Assembly: GCA_973895155.1 (NCBI GenBank)
Contig: OZ316891.1
Location: forward strand, 1,169,324-1,233,323
Source: Marsupella aquatica
Lineage: Eukaryota > Plantae > Marchantiophyta
Reading direction: 5' to 3'
Length of the DNA: 64,000 nt
Shown in pieces: positions 1 through 13,796 of the stretch; the stretch's first letter is position 1; the number at the start of each line of letters is the position of its first letter. The notes under the pieces were generated by a model that saw only the letters and a list, made by a program, of their open reading frames with translations, made no database searches and was not told the origin of the DNA. A program made the translations under genes and the position numbers.

Positions 1-4
1 CCAA

Positions 5-245
5 TAGGGACATCATTGTAGGCAGCCAAGTACAGGGTGAGCCCCAGCCCCATGGATCCAACAGATACATTTAATGAGGAAGAACACTTAGTAGAGATAT
101 CATTGTAGGCAACCCAGTACAGGGTGAGCCCCCATGGATCCAACAGGGACGGGCATCAGGATGGAGCTAGAGAGGATTCAGGGTGAGCCCCCATGGATCC
201 AACAAGGACCAGCAGTAGGATGGAGCTAGAGAGGATTCATTCAGG
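5..245. repeat. Degenerate tandem repeat (3 copies of CAGGGTGAGCCCCCATGGATCCAACA)
   Basis: Core recurs at ~34, ~120 and ~179; the sequences between copies are related to each other. Confidence 0.7.
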
Positions 246-932
246 GCTGCAAAGTGGCCAATTCAACCAGGGGCGAGGAGGAAATCATAATTCCATACAC
301 TACCCACAAATTAAACCCATCCCACCCACAAGTGCCCTTAGTTCACTCCCTTGTGCCCTGGGTGGGTGCAAGGGGGAATTGAACCTGGGACCTCTCAGTT
401 GAAGGCACTTGGGGTATAATATTTTAATCACTAGATCAATTAAAAAACTATTCTCCCAATATTTGTGATGATTTTTACAGTCATTTGCAATGTCATTTTC
501 AATGTCAAAAAACAAAAATAATAAGGTCCAAAGACATAGTGAAGCTCATGGCATGGGCGTTGATGGCAAGGTGTCGGGCGAGGGGCACACTCGCAATGTA
601 GGGTAGCCCCTCGATCTCACATGGGTGGGGAGGCGGGGCGGCGAACGAGTGGAGTGATGGTGAATGTGAAAAAGAGAAGACCCAAAACAGGAAAATCGGG
701 AAAAGGGGGAGGTTAAGGTTTAAAAGGAACATAAGAGAAAAAAAGGAACATAAGAGAAAAAAAGGGAAAAAAGGGAAAAAAAAGGAAAACATCACCTCTC
801 ATTTTGTTCTACTTTTGTGCTTGTCATAGCTAGTCTTTTGTGCAATGACATCTTTTATTCAAGAATTTTTTTGTGCAAGGAGACAAGAAAAAAAAGAAAA
901 GGGAACTTTTGTGGCTGCCGTAGCCACTATTT

Positions 933-1273
933 TGTTAGGTATTTACTCAAGGTCTAGGGTTACGACATGTAACCATAGTTAGACTAACCGTAGTCGGAGA
1001 CGTGGTTAGGTTAACTGGGATGCACACTATATGCCAAGCGGTGTTTGCTTGGATAAGCGGAACTTAGGCTCATTGTTATGGAGCCACTTGAGAGATGAGG
1101 AGAACTTACACTGTGGAGACTTGGTATGACCGACGGGCTTAGAGTTCAGTAAAGCTCTTTTGTGTGTTCCCGTGGATGTAGCCTCAAGGAGGTAAACCAC
1201 GTATCTCGGTGTCAACTATTGTGCGTTGGATGGTTCATGGGCTTTCCGTTGCGATTGTCGTCTATGCTCAACA
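933..1273 (+). mobile_element. Solo LTR of a copia-like retrotransposon (family A)
   Basis: TGTTAG...TCAACA ends, perfect 5-bp TSD TATTT on both sides; homologous to copies at 33345, 50090 and 57513. Orientation taken from the PPT next to the 33345 copy. Confidence 0.9.
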
Positions 1274-1294
1274 TATTTTGCACAATGATATCTC

Positions 1295-1532
1295 GGGGGG
1301 TCACTATATGAAGGGTCATACATCACGTGCGACGGTTTGGGTCATTTATGACCCCCCTAAGTCACTTTCTAGAAAGTTGTACGGCACCAATCATGTGATG
1401 ACACGTATGCATTTTGCAATTAAACAACCATATATTTCCATAGAAGACTTAATAAGTCTTCCGCCAAAACCATTTAAATGGCCCTACACTTTGTCGCACA
1501 TGATATGCCACTTCCATGGAAGTGACCCCCCC
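1295..1532. mobile_element. MITE-like foldback element
   Basis: About 60-bp imperfect terminal inverted repeats, GGGGGGTCACT...GTGCGAC versus GTCGCAC...AGTGACCCCCC; no clear TSD. Confidence 0.55.
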
Positions 1533-1589
1533 AAGAATGATATCTTTCACTCAACAAATTTGTTTGTGCAATAATGTAATTTAACAATT

Positions 1590-2220
1590 TATTTTTTATT
1601 CAACGATATCTTTTGCACCAGGATCTATTTCTCAACAATATCTTTTATGCAACGCACGGGCATTGAAAGGATACCAAAAGAATGGTCATCTTTGCTAAAC
1701 CCTAAATCTGAAACCGATAATATAACATTGTGCAAATCTATAGAGTGGTCGTCATTCAAATGCAGGGTCATTTTGGGTAAAAACCAAGAAAAAGACTCTC
1801 TTCTTCTCCTTGACTTTTTATTTCATAACATCTTTCACATAACGACAACTTGGGTGAACGACACCTTTTTTCTTATAACATCTTTACTTTTGACAAAATG
1901 ACACTTTTAACAACATATTTCACATAATGGCATATTTTTTGGCAAAATGGCTTCACTTCATGACATCTTTCACATAACAACATCTTGGGTGACATGACAT
2001 CGTTTGTGCAACACACGGGTATTTTTCCCTCAACAATGTCTTGGCCGACACGACATCGTTTTTCTCCACCGCCTCTTGGCCGACACGACATCGTTTTTCT
2101 CCACCGCCTCTTGGCCGACACGACATCTTTTCTCTCAACTACCTCTTGGCTGACATGACATCTTTTTTTCTCAACGACATCTTGGCTGACACGACTTCTT
2201 TTGTGCAACGCACGGGTATT
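1590..2220. repeat. Degenerate minisatellite (~35-39 bp units)
   Basis: Repeated CTTGGCCGACACGACATC/CAACGACATCTTT motifs, near-perfect at 2040-2190; accounts for the spurious repetitive ORFs here. Confidence 0.75.
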
Positions 2221-4734
2221 GAGCTAGTATTACATAGAGTATTGAATAAATGGGCCTGGAAATTACCATTGTCAGGCTTAAGTTTTTTATAGTGAGTACC
2301 TACAGATTAGCCCTCTTTTCGAGGATCCAAAAAGATCTTTCGAATAGAGCCGTCTGGAAACATTGGTTGCCATTCTTGTGGGATTGAATATTATAAATAC
2401 AACATAATTATTAATTATTAACACAATACCAGGACACTTATTCTTCAAACTACACTGTCTTGCAGCACATGACCCTGCCATATAATTGGAATCTGGAAAT
2501 CAATGTCAACTTGCTAAATAGTATGGCTTTACCCACCTGACCTGCTGAGGACTGCTATTTTCAGAGGTACTAATTATTTGTGTATGTAAATAATTAGTTA
2601 CATCTATGAGGGTCTTTTCTTTGTACATTCATGTAATTATTTGGAACAACCCCCTTCGAAACTTTGAGAATTGTAGTTCAATCATAATCAACTAAGGTCA
2701 AGCTTTCAATTAATCCATGTCAAGACTAGCTTTTAATTCTATTTTCATCCTTACTCCCCTACTGATCAAGTATCTAAAACAAAATTTATTCACAAATCTT
2801 GCTCTTTGGTTTATGTTCCAGTTCATGTGCCCACCTAAGCTTAGCTACAGCCACCACCTTGAAATTTTCTCATCAATAGTGTGAGCAAGTCAATCTATAT
2901 ATGTTCAACTCTCATAATGTCCTGACCACTTTCTAGACATTGGGGGTTAACATTTTAATCTATCCTTCTTTTGAGTTTTAAGTTTGTCCTCTCCGGACCT
3001 CTTTGGCCCATTTTGGCAAATTGGTCCTTCTTCTCCTCATAATGTACATACTACTCGAACTAGCCTTTATGCGCAAGCTTTAGCTTGTAAATAATGGTGG
3101 TCACCATATCATGCCTGTCTCCAATTCCACCTCCAACTGCAATTGTACATGACCCCAAAATCATAGTAGAGGTTTCACTCTAGACCATATGCCCTTAATA
3201 TTCTAGTTTTTAATGGTGCTTTACTATCAATGCAATCATCAAACACTACAATCAACTATCCCGCCAAAAATCTCAGCCTACAAATTGGGAAGAGTGTGAG
3301 CCAATCCTGGCCCTTCATCAAAAAACCATTTTGGGCATTCAGATTTATCCAATCATACATCCCTCTTCTCTCATCTTTCTGCCCAGAAGCCCCCTGCCCA
3401 CCCATACCTTCCGGAGATGAAAATATTTAATTACAATTTGTAATCTATTTATTATCTAAAAATCAGAATTATATATAGAAAATGAAGCTCGATGGATAGA
3501 CCTCTAGGTTTGTCAAAAATGCTCCCACGGATTTTTGCAACTTATATGGATAGTGTTGACCTCACAATGTCAAAGGGCATATTCCTAATTACTCCATCTG
3601 GATTGTATAGTTCCTTTCTACTGTCCATGGGATCATTGTTTTCATTATATATATATAGTAAAAATAATAATATATAGAAATTAAGGTGTGCAAGTCAGGC
3701 TAGTAAAACATAATATATGATACACTATCAAAAAGTGAAGTCCCCTTTGTTAGGTAGATGTACAGTACAACAGAAAACCATACTATGCTTTAGAACTCTT
3801 CTCACATACCTTACACACTAGGGTACCACAATTATATCTATTTAAGAAAGTACAACTTACTGTAATTTAGCATAGACTTCAGTTGAAGGATTCTTTTCTT
3901 GGTATTAATGTTTTTACACTTTCCATTTTGGATTCTTGGACTCATTTGGAATTTTTATTGTCACTTTTAGAGTTTATTGTTAGGAGTATAAGAAGAAATG
4001 TCTGTCTTTTTATTTTGCTACAGGACAAAATAACTAGATCTGTTCACTGATGACCCTTAAATTTATATATGGAGGGTGATGGTCCACATGACTGTGCCAA
4101 CTAAGTCAGACTTGTAGTGTATTAAACAAGTCAAACACACATGGAATCCACTCTTGATGTTGACAAATGGACAGGTGCAATAGTTCTAGGGCAAGTTCTA
4201 GTGAGCTTCTAGTAAAATATTTGGTATGTTTAGCCCAATGGCCGTGCGTTACACAATAGTAAGTGAAGTTGAGTGAAAGTTCCATTTGACTTAAGCAAGA
4301 TGGTCAGGCAGTCAAACAATGTGCAGGGAGTCAATGAGTCGATTTGGCAACTCACTGGATTTCAAGGAATATTCAGGGTTGGGGAGAGTCAAGGGTTAGT
4401 CGTGGAAAAGGTACATAGTGGCACCTTTAGGTCCATCTCTGTCATGGTTAGGAAATTGAAGATGTCAATGCAATAATCCAAAAACCATGCAAGGTTCCCA
4501 CCAGAATGACATGTAACAAACAGACCATGAGAAATATAGAGCATAATTATTGCATACTATTTAGCTAGAAATTTCAAAATAATTCTCCCGGGTATGCAAC
4601 TCTTGTATAATAGGCAGGGGTCTACATTTTTATATGGACTACAAAGTTAGTTATATGAAAAATCAAAATTTGAAAAAACCTGGGTTACTTTTCCAACCAA
4701 TTATGTAGATGGTTGTACAATAAGAAGCAGGTTG

Positions 4735-5175
4735 ACACTTACAAGCTAGGCACGCCTTGTGGCAAAAGGGTACACCCAGAATGAGGGTTTGAACTACTTG
4801 AACATTTTCTCACAAGTTGTTAAATTCAATACTATCTGTGTTTTACTTGTGATTGTGACATTCTATGATCTTAAGTTAATCATTTGGATGTAATTAGCTG
4901 CATGGATTGTTTGATGTGGAGATGTGTATGACTCAGCCTTGATCCAGGTTTTATTAACGAGAAGACCACTCAGACACCTGGTGTGTCAACTCCTGTGTTT
5001 GTTATGTGATTTGAAGTAAAGTCCCAGACAGTGGAATAAGCTTTTTGCTTCTTTCATGTTGTCCAAAGGGTTTACCAGGAATGAACATGCATGATTGTTG
5101 CATTTACATGAAGGAGGTGAAGAATTACTCACGTTTTGGTTATATTGTGTTGACACTATACGTGGATGACCACAT
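4735..5175 (+). pseudogene. Degraded Ty1/copia reverse transcriptase fragment
   Basis: Translates with frameshifts and stops to ..RLVAKGYTQNEGLNYLNIFSQVVKFNTICVLLVIV.. and ..IVLTLYVDD, which are RVT_2 motifs. Confidence 0.85.
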
Positions 5176-7546
5176 TTGCTTAGTTAGGCCCACACATCTC
5201 AGCCAGGATCAACAATCGGGGTTATAGGCTGGAGGGAATAAGAGCATTCTCTCCCTCATTCTTCACATGTGCTCTCATATGCTATGGATCCTTTAGGAGT
5301 TTCTCCACTTGTGGTGTCTTCAACTTTGGTGTAGCATGTGATCGAGTGCTCTCTCATGTTCTGCATTTGCTTTCTACTGGGCCCTCACACAAAGTAAAAT
5401 CAATGAACCCCCCGCAATTGTAACCCTATCCCTTGTACCCCTTGTTAGCTCAAATTTTTCAACCTGTTTTTCAATCAAAAGTAGTCTTGTTACCGGTAAT
5501 AATTATAATTATTAGTTCAAAATTAATAAAAACTAGTCTTCATTCTAGCGCTTACACGTACTCCGCATATTAATTAAGATTGAGGGCCCATAGTTATTGT
5601 CTAGTGTGAGTCAATAATGTTTTAGTACACGTAAGTGAGTGCAACTTTCTCAAACCTATTGGCTCACTTGCCCTCTCCAATCTCATGCATGCACGCGCAG
5701 ATCGAGGCATGTGCAGCATGTGTGGATTCTCGATAAGACAACAAGGAAGATACTCAGCTCCTTCCCTTCTTCATATTGTCACAAATATCCATATGATCTC
5801 CCATGATTGTTTCCGAGCCTGCCAGAGTTTCCACCCAAGTTAGCAGTTTTAATTTCTCTCCAAGCTAACTATGCTCTTTGCATCCACTTCTTAACTTGTG
5901 TCACTTAGAATGAAAATTTTCTCAAGTGCTGTCTTGGACATAGGCTGGCAATAATGGGGGATCAGTTATTGTTAGTTGTTAACTTGAAATAGCAAGTCTT
6001 CATTGATATATCAGTGGACATTGTGACCCGCATTGTGAATGCCAAGACTGAGAAGAACCAGTCATGGGGTCAACCTTGTTAAAATTGAAGCCCCAATGAA
6101 CTTCCATGTTTGTCAAAATGCCTACATGACCATTTAGGGGTGCAATGATGTCTTGGACCTAGGAAGGAAGAACAATTGCTTCAGGGAGCCAAGGCACTCA
6201 ACTCTTGTATAATAAGCATGGGTCTACAATTTTACATGGACTAAAAGGTTGGCTAAGTATAATAAAAAATAAATTTTGAAAAAGTCATGTGTTGGTTTGG
6301 ATCAAGTTGTTCCATCAAAACACATTCAGTTTTTCTATATTACATTTTTGGATTCATTAAGTTGAGAGATACAATAGTTTTGTAGACTAAAATAAAATCT
6401 AACATGATCAATTGGATATGAGGCCATTATAAGGAATTCAAAACTTGGCTTAATAAAAAGGGGAGTTGCATGAGTACCCGGGTCAGCGAGGGGCCGTGAC
6501 AAATTTGTGAGAGGGGGAATTTACAGGGTAGAAAATTGTGGGGGCTAAGTATCGTTAGTTCAGGTGGAATAAATGATAGTTACAGAATGTGTTTAGCAAG
6601 AGGTAACCTGACCTCAGGATGGTTCATTGGTTATGTTGCAGACGAATGGTACATGCCCCAACAGGTCAACCCCCAATTGACACATAAAGTGCAATCTCAT
6701 AATTAAGTTAGGCTCACCTTGCGCACCACATTGTGTCGGGGTCACCACATCGCCCTCCCTACCACTGCCCCACGCCCCCCTTCATCAATATAACTGCAAT
6801 CTGCCTCCCCTATAAGCCTACTCAGACATCTCCCACCCAAAATATCTACAGAGGAAATTTTCTTGCCCCAAACCTTCAAACTCGTCATTGTACCCTTTGA
6901 CTCCTGAGTTTGGGCTTTCTGTCAAGGCTACACTAATGGAATGCAGTCTGACTTCCCATAGCACAACCCATTCAAGTATGTACATAATCACAACATGGAG
7001 CAGAAAATCATTGAATGACTAAGATTTTATATCAAATTTCTATGCGAACTACTATGATTCCCATATATACAATCTGGCCACCCCATTTTTCATCCCTGGA
7101 ATAAACTATTTTGTTGAGTCGTTAGGCCCTCACTCTTAACTAATATGCACAGTACGTGCAAACGCTTCAAGGTTGATTTTTATTTATTTTGAACTAATGT
7201 TTAAACTGATTACAAGTAAGAGTGGAACTTTTTATACAACAAATAAATAGCAAGGGGGAATAGGGATGGGATCACAATCCCAAGGAGTTCACTTATGTCA
7301 CTTGGAGTGAGGGCCCAGGGCTTTGAGTGCAAACATGTCCTTCCAATCTGGGACCACTTTATTTCCTGTCTAACAAATGATGCACGCAAACACCTCCTTC
7401 CTCTCCTCTTCAATATCCCGTTATGAAAGCTCTTTGGCTTTACCTCCTATATCTATGACATGTTCCTTGTGTGGGAACCTGTTCACTCAAAAACTTCTAG
7501 GGAGATTTGGTCTGCTTGGAGTCACATGAGCTTGGAAGATATCTTG

Positions 7547-10131
7547 TGTGACAGGGCCCCAAACCCGGTAACTTAGTGATAACTTATAATTGCGTATATA
7601 AGTAGAAAGACAAGTAGGTGTAGTAAAAGTGTTTGGATTTTCAAATTTTTCATTTTTGTTAGTTCTAATAAATGGATGCGACAACCGGACGAAACGGAGT
7701 TGAGAGGGGTGCCGGGCGGTGATGGATGACAAGGGAACCATTGAGGGGGTACAAGGAGGCCACAAGGCAGCCCAAGGACTTGGAGCCAAGGTGTGGGCAT
7801 CTTGGAGGGGTGGGGGCTGGTCGGACGCTCCACGTAAGGCGCAAAACGGGAAGAATGACCAAAATATAGAAAACGTTGAAACTTAAAACAGACGTTGCTG
7901 CACTAGTACTATTCCATGGTCATGTTTGGATTCATTTTGAAGCCCCCAATGAGCCCCATGCGAAACTGAGGTTCTCTAGTTGATTTTAGGTCTATATCAA
8001 ACAGTGACATCTTGAGGGACCTCAACGCCCGTAAAATGGCAAACTAGGCAATCTTGGAGTAGTGATGGTGGGAGGGCCCTTAGAAGGAAGGGGTTCCCAC
8101 ACTTGTGTTCCCCTTCACCCTTTGTGTGGTCCTCACATGGTTTTTTGCTTTCTTTCCCTTCCCCACTTCGTAGAGGGGCACTTCGTAGAAGGGGCCCTCA
8201 CACTTTCTTCTTTCCCTTTTTCTCTATTCTCACTTGTGGGGTTTCCACCCATCCCTAAACCCTTTCCCTCTTGTGCTTGCTTTCAACGTGTGTACGGACC
8301 CTGCTTGTACGAACATCAGATTTTTGACCATCTCAAAATCAGGAGTCTACAGGCTTGTTGGAATGAGCTCGCCGAGCTGAATCCAATGATGTGTCACATG
8401 GCCAAAATGGAGCTAAGACAGGGGAGATACAACTGATCGCGTTTTTTGAGAATACTGAGGTTTTTGAGGCCGTACGGCAAGAGGTCCTGGCTTTGCAAGG
8501 GAAGAAGGAGGTAGCAGCACATACGGAGAAACCGTGATCTGTGTTTTGCAAAGACGGGCCCCCTGGTGTTGTACGGACGAAATGGAGGGAGACGGTGCCC
8601 CATGAAAACTTAAACGACCATATCTTGGCCGTTTGACCTCCGTTTTGTGCACCGTTTACGGAGCCGTGATCAGGAAGAGGAGGGCTCCTCAGATATGTTT
8701 TCAGAAGTGAATTCTGAGAAAATTTTAGTTTCGACAATTGTAGGGGCCCCCTCCTTTTACAACGGACCAGAGGTGGCGATCAGGAGGATTGAGGCTGGTA
8801 GGCAAGGTAGATAGATAGGATAGGAGGTGGTGGACTCAAGTGAGTCCTTGTTTAGCGGAGTGGTATCCACTCCAATGGAGAGCGGTGAGGAGACCAACTC
8901 ACGGGGCTCAAGCCAGGGCACCGTGAGTGAGGAGGGGGCACCGTGAGTGAGGAGGAGGAGGACTAATGAGGAGACCAACTCACGGGGCTCAAGCCAGGGC
9001 ACCGTGAGTGAAGAGGAGGAGGATTAGAGTGGTCGTACGGACGTGGTTGTACGGCCCCTTGACTTTCCAACTTTTTTGTGAGGGGTCACTCGCGGGCTTT
9101 TTGGAAAGAGCTCGCGGAGCTGATTCTAACAAGAGGTGGCGCTCCTCAAACGGAGCCAGGATGAGCAAGTTAGGGCCCGACGAAGTTGGGTTTACGGGAT
9201 ACTGAAACGACCATAACTTGGTCGTCCGATGTCCGTTTCAAGAGCGGTTGAGTGCTTCATGTTCAGGAGGAGGAGAGCTATCCAGGGGTGAACTCAGAAG
9301 TGCAAGTGGATGGGCGCCTAGTTTCGGCCATTGTGGGGTTCCTTGCAATTTCACGGTTCACGGAGTAATGTTGGGGTGCCGTCGAAGGCACCGTCGGCCC
9401 CATTGTTAGTTTAGGGTTTAGGGTTTTAGAAGCATGTGTGTGCCACATGGTTTTAGTTTAGGGGTTTCTTAGTGAAGGGTTTAGCGGCGCCGCTAGGGTA
9501 AGCCGCCATCGTTGTGGCCCCGTGAGGGGTGCTTTGGTGTGTTTTCTTGGTATTTAGGGGGAAAGCCCCGAAGTAGTTGGGGGGGGGAACTCAGTTTAGT
9601 GTTTGTTTAGGGAAGTTAGCTCATAGCCAGAAGAGTGAATCAAGCCAGAGTAGTGAGGTAGAGGTGTAGCACTTGCCCTAGTGAGGCAGTAGTTGGGCAG
9701 ACGGCAGGAGGCCGGGTTGTCCTTGCAATGTGTTACGACGTTTTGCCAAAAGATATGGATTTGGTTCGATTCCTCAAGTTTTGGTGTGGTGTTACCTTTT
9801 CTGGTTCACGATTGTGTTTTTTCCCCAAGAAACGTCTAAGGAATCCTTGCACGGTTTGGTCAACGATGTGAGTAGGGAGGGGTGGTGACAACACTCCACC
9901 GACGACCAGTAGGAGTGTGTGTATGGCGTAGTCCATGGGACTTGATCAACAGCAGAGCGGCTAGTCGGTAGACTTGATCAAAAATTACATTTCCGGGAGC
10001 GGAAATAAACATACTCATCCTACATGCAATAGAATCCTAATAGCGTCCCTCCACGTTCCCGTCATATGATAACAAACAATTTTAGTAGGAGTAAATATGT
10101 ATTTGTTGTGTAAGTCGATAAGCAGGTGACA
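7547..10131. mobile_element. Long (2585 bp) solo LTR or non-coding LTR element, probably gypsy-type
   Basis: Begins TGTGACA and ends GTGACA, with perfect 5-bp TSD TCTTG (7542-7546 / 10132-10136). GC-rich, internal tandem repeat at ~8887-9011, no recognisable gag/pol. Confidence 0.8.
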
Positions 10132-12137
10132 TCTTGGTACACCCTACTGAAACCTGGGCTCTTGCCAGATTCAGAACCCCCAAAGTTCTCAGCCAAATGG
10201 AACTTTCCAAGAAGCCTTAACCACTCCAGGATCCTCCCCCTCCCCCCCCCCCCTTCTCCCCTGCAGACTCCCCTTCTCCCCTGTAGACTCCCCTTCTCAG
10301 TGACTGTGAACCTCACCTCCCAAATTAAACTCAACTGCCCAACTCAGGGTGCCTTTTGGCAAGGCGTTAGGGGCACTTGTGACTTTTCTTCACCAAAGTA
10401 AACCAGACTATCCCTTCTTGTTTTGAAGACTGATAAATTCCAAAACCAAAATAGTTTGAACTGAAGTTCAATAAAATGCAGATCCCTTGAATGAAGGAGC
10501 CAAATATTGTGAATGTTCAAACCAACTCTAGATGTGGTAAAAAATCATAGATAAAATAGGCACTCCATCTCAACATTTACTTGGTTTCATTGCTTGCCAT
10601 GTAGGATGAGTATAACCATAAATACCTGATTTGGCCCCAAGTTCTTGTAAAGCCAACTCTGGCTGTTTGCACTCAGTATATTGTCCAGATTTATTCTCTT
10701 GTAAGGCCAACTACCGCCATTTTACATTCATTACACGGTCCAGATCTAATCTCAGAGGGAATAGATAGAACCAATGACCCTGGCCTCTTGTCAAGCTATC
10801 CTTAACCCCCAAAAACTATCCTTCTTTTCACCTTGAACTACTCTAAACCACCCCCCCCCCCCCCCCTGCAGCATTTCCTTCTCCTGATTGCTTGGTGCAA
10901 ATCCTATGCTACTTTGGTGTTCGGTGTAATTAGCTTAGGTATTGACCAGGGTTTTACTTGGCAGTATCCTAGGCACCCAGCTGTATCCCTATGGGCACTA
11001 CAACATCAACAAAATGGGGATTCCATCCACAATGCGATCAATGTGATCGCTGTGTCTTGGTCACTGCCCAATCGAGCCGCCCACAAATCCACAATAGACA
11101 CCATTCTACCCGGCCACTCGAGAGACGATCGGGCTGGCAGTGACCGTAAGTGAAGAAAACCTCGATAACTCCGTGGCCGAGATGCACTATTCAGTGTTCA
11201 TGATTATGCCAGAACTGCATAGAAAGAGCCTACTCAGGTTTGTGTTTTTTAAGGGGCAGTGAGTGTAAGTGAAGAAAAGCTTGACAAAACCCATGGCCAT
11301 GATACAGGATTCAGTGTGAGCTGCATAGAAAGAGCTGACTGTGGTTTGTGTTTGTGCAGGTGGAGTTCTCGGGAAGCAGGCGGAGCTGCAACTGCTACGA
11401 AGCAACTGAACCGCGAAGACTGAACTGTGTGTGCTACTTGTCTCTCGAAAGGTTGAGGACTGAGAGTACATTGATACGATTTGTGGAAGTGCAGGTATTG
11501 GTCTAGCAAACGACTGCATCCGTGCCTTTTCATCCATGCCTGGGCGACATATCTTTTTAGGATGGGTGTTTAGACGACATTTTATTTATCTTCAATGACG
11601 ATTGTGGAAGGCAAGCCTCGTGATAGCCATAAATTTATGTTCCGCTTGTCTATCGCTGAAGACGTCGTGAGGCCTCGCCGCCGAAATGGAAGACTGCATA
11701 AATTAATTGCGGCCGTCCCCTGCTGGACCTCGCATTGTGAACTGCATTTTTAGATTGGCTCTCTTTTCGGTAGTGGATTCGGACATCTTCGACTTGGTCT
11801 TTCTTGCCTTTGGTGCTGGTCGACTACCTGAAGGTGACCGCGTACTAAATTCCCTAAGAATGTTGAAGACTTGCATTTTGTTCTTGAATGCTGGATGTTG
11901 GATTGCCTTACTCCCTGCTGCTATCATGCATCGTTCTCCCAGCAGGTTATTTTTTGCTTGAACATCTTCTCCTCGTAGAATCCCCATCCCCGATTCGTAA
12001 GATTGCAATTGCCAGGAGTAGTTCAGGAGCGAGTAGCTACTCTGTGGACTATGTAATCGCTCTCACAACGTCGAATTGCAGGTGTAGCAGCTAGAGAGTT
12101 CCTGAGAGGGCCAGTTAATTCCTGAATCGGTCCAATC

Positions 12138-13796
12138 ATGGTGACCCCCAGGAGGCTCAAATTGGCCTCTGTTCTTGGGTGTCTCGTTTTGTGTATGTTG
12201 GAGCCTCTCTTCGTTTCAGGTTTGTCTCCTCGAGCTGTTGTTACCATCCACGACTATTGATTGTCTGCCACTGATTCATACGGTATCTAATTAGAATTGC
12301 TGAGCATGATCGCAATTGGCAAGATATTTTCTTTACCTTCTTGATTCACGCTAATCTGCATTGATTTAATTTAGGCATCATGACTTGGTGTTTGGGGACA
12401 GGGAGGGATGACGGTGAAGACGAAATCATAGAACCTTTCTTCGCTGGTGGCCGGCATCTCCTACAGGATCAAACGCGTGAGTGCTGATATTCCTAATTAT
12501 TTGTAATCTTGTCAAGGACGTCTTTTGCAAATACCCGGACCGGATGAGAACGAGTTTGAAAGGGGATGTCTGAGTTGGAAAATGAGTGAAAGTGAATAAA
12601 TAGTAGAGGTACCGCTGGTGATTTGTTCATTGACGTGGGATTCCGATTTATCATTTTTCTTTTGTTGGACTCCGACCTTCGTTCTGCAGTTGGGAGATTC
12701 TAATCTTCAACTTTCCGGCTCATGTATGAAACAAATAAGGGCCTGAGACTCTTTTCACCGATAATGTCCCATGGAATCGCCCAATATAGTTTCTGCAAGC
12801 TGTTGGTGATAGGTCGATCACTTGTGAGGTTTTGGAGAAAATTCTCCTTATTTAGACCTGGAACAATTTTCATTCTAAAAAGCTTTTTCACTTTATACCT
12901 CAAATGAGTAATGTCTGTCCTGACTATTGGTCTGGTAGGATCAATGTATCTTGTCATCATCTTTCTTTATGTGAGATGTTTCAGAAAATATGTCAAACAG
13001 ATTTATGGAAATAAGAAAATAGCTCTGTTGACATACTTATCAGTAGAACAAAGGTTGATGAGTTCAGTTTAAAATTTTACCGGAATATTTATGCCTACAG
13101 CGCACATGTAAACAACAGCTTTCTCGGGTCGAACTCGTTGTTCGTCGTAACTTAGGGAAAGGGTAGTCTGCACGTACAAAAATGAGGAACAGCACAGCAA
13201 ATTTGGAAAGCTATTGCATGTATGGTATTAGCATTCCATCTGTGCAAGAGAATATGTTGTTTTTGTAACTGTGGCAACCTTTACATGCGGGGATAAGTCA
13301 CTAAGCAAAGCATCTTGTTGTTGGGGTTTTAATGACGCATTGGAATCTTTGGAGACTCTATTTTTACCTTTTGGGCTGACTCATGGGACTCATGTCTTCT
13401 GCAGCATGTACTCATCAATGGGGCGGTGACAACTTCACTGTTCTTACAGAGAATTGCCCTTTTGTTGTCACTGCCAACTATGACACGAAGAGATGCTGTC
13501 AAGATGGTCTGGGGGGTATGTTATGCCCGTATTTATCTCTCGTCAGTGACCACACTACCAATTGTGCACAAACTTTCTTTGCCACCTTACAACTGGCGGT
13601 TCCAAATTACACCACGAACTTTTTCCAGACGATTTGTACTGACCTCAACAGCCCGGGTGGTATAGAATGTCCGGCCAAGTTTATTAATAACACAGGTAGC
13701 AGCCCGTCAGCAAACTTTGCACCTCGCCCACATCCCTTTGGCTTATCTCTTCTTACATTAGTCGCAATCTTGGAGATTCTGGTCTTGATATTTTAG
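12138..13796 (+). CDS. LORELEI-like (LLG) GPI-anchored protein
   Basis: Exons 12138-12219, 12375-12476 and 13405-13796 join in phase. Hydrophobic signal peptide, GRHLLQ motif, 8-Cys LLG pattern (C..NFTVLT..C..CC..CPY..CA..C..ECP), hydrophobic C-terminal GPI signal. Confidence 0.8.

Noticed and set aside
8062-9409. ORFs inside the long LTR element
   Set aside because: No recognisable domains; expected by chance in GC-rich LTR sequence.
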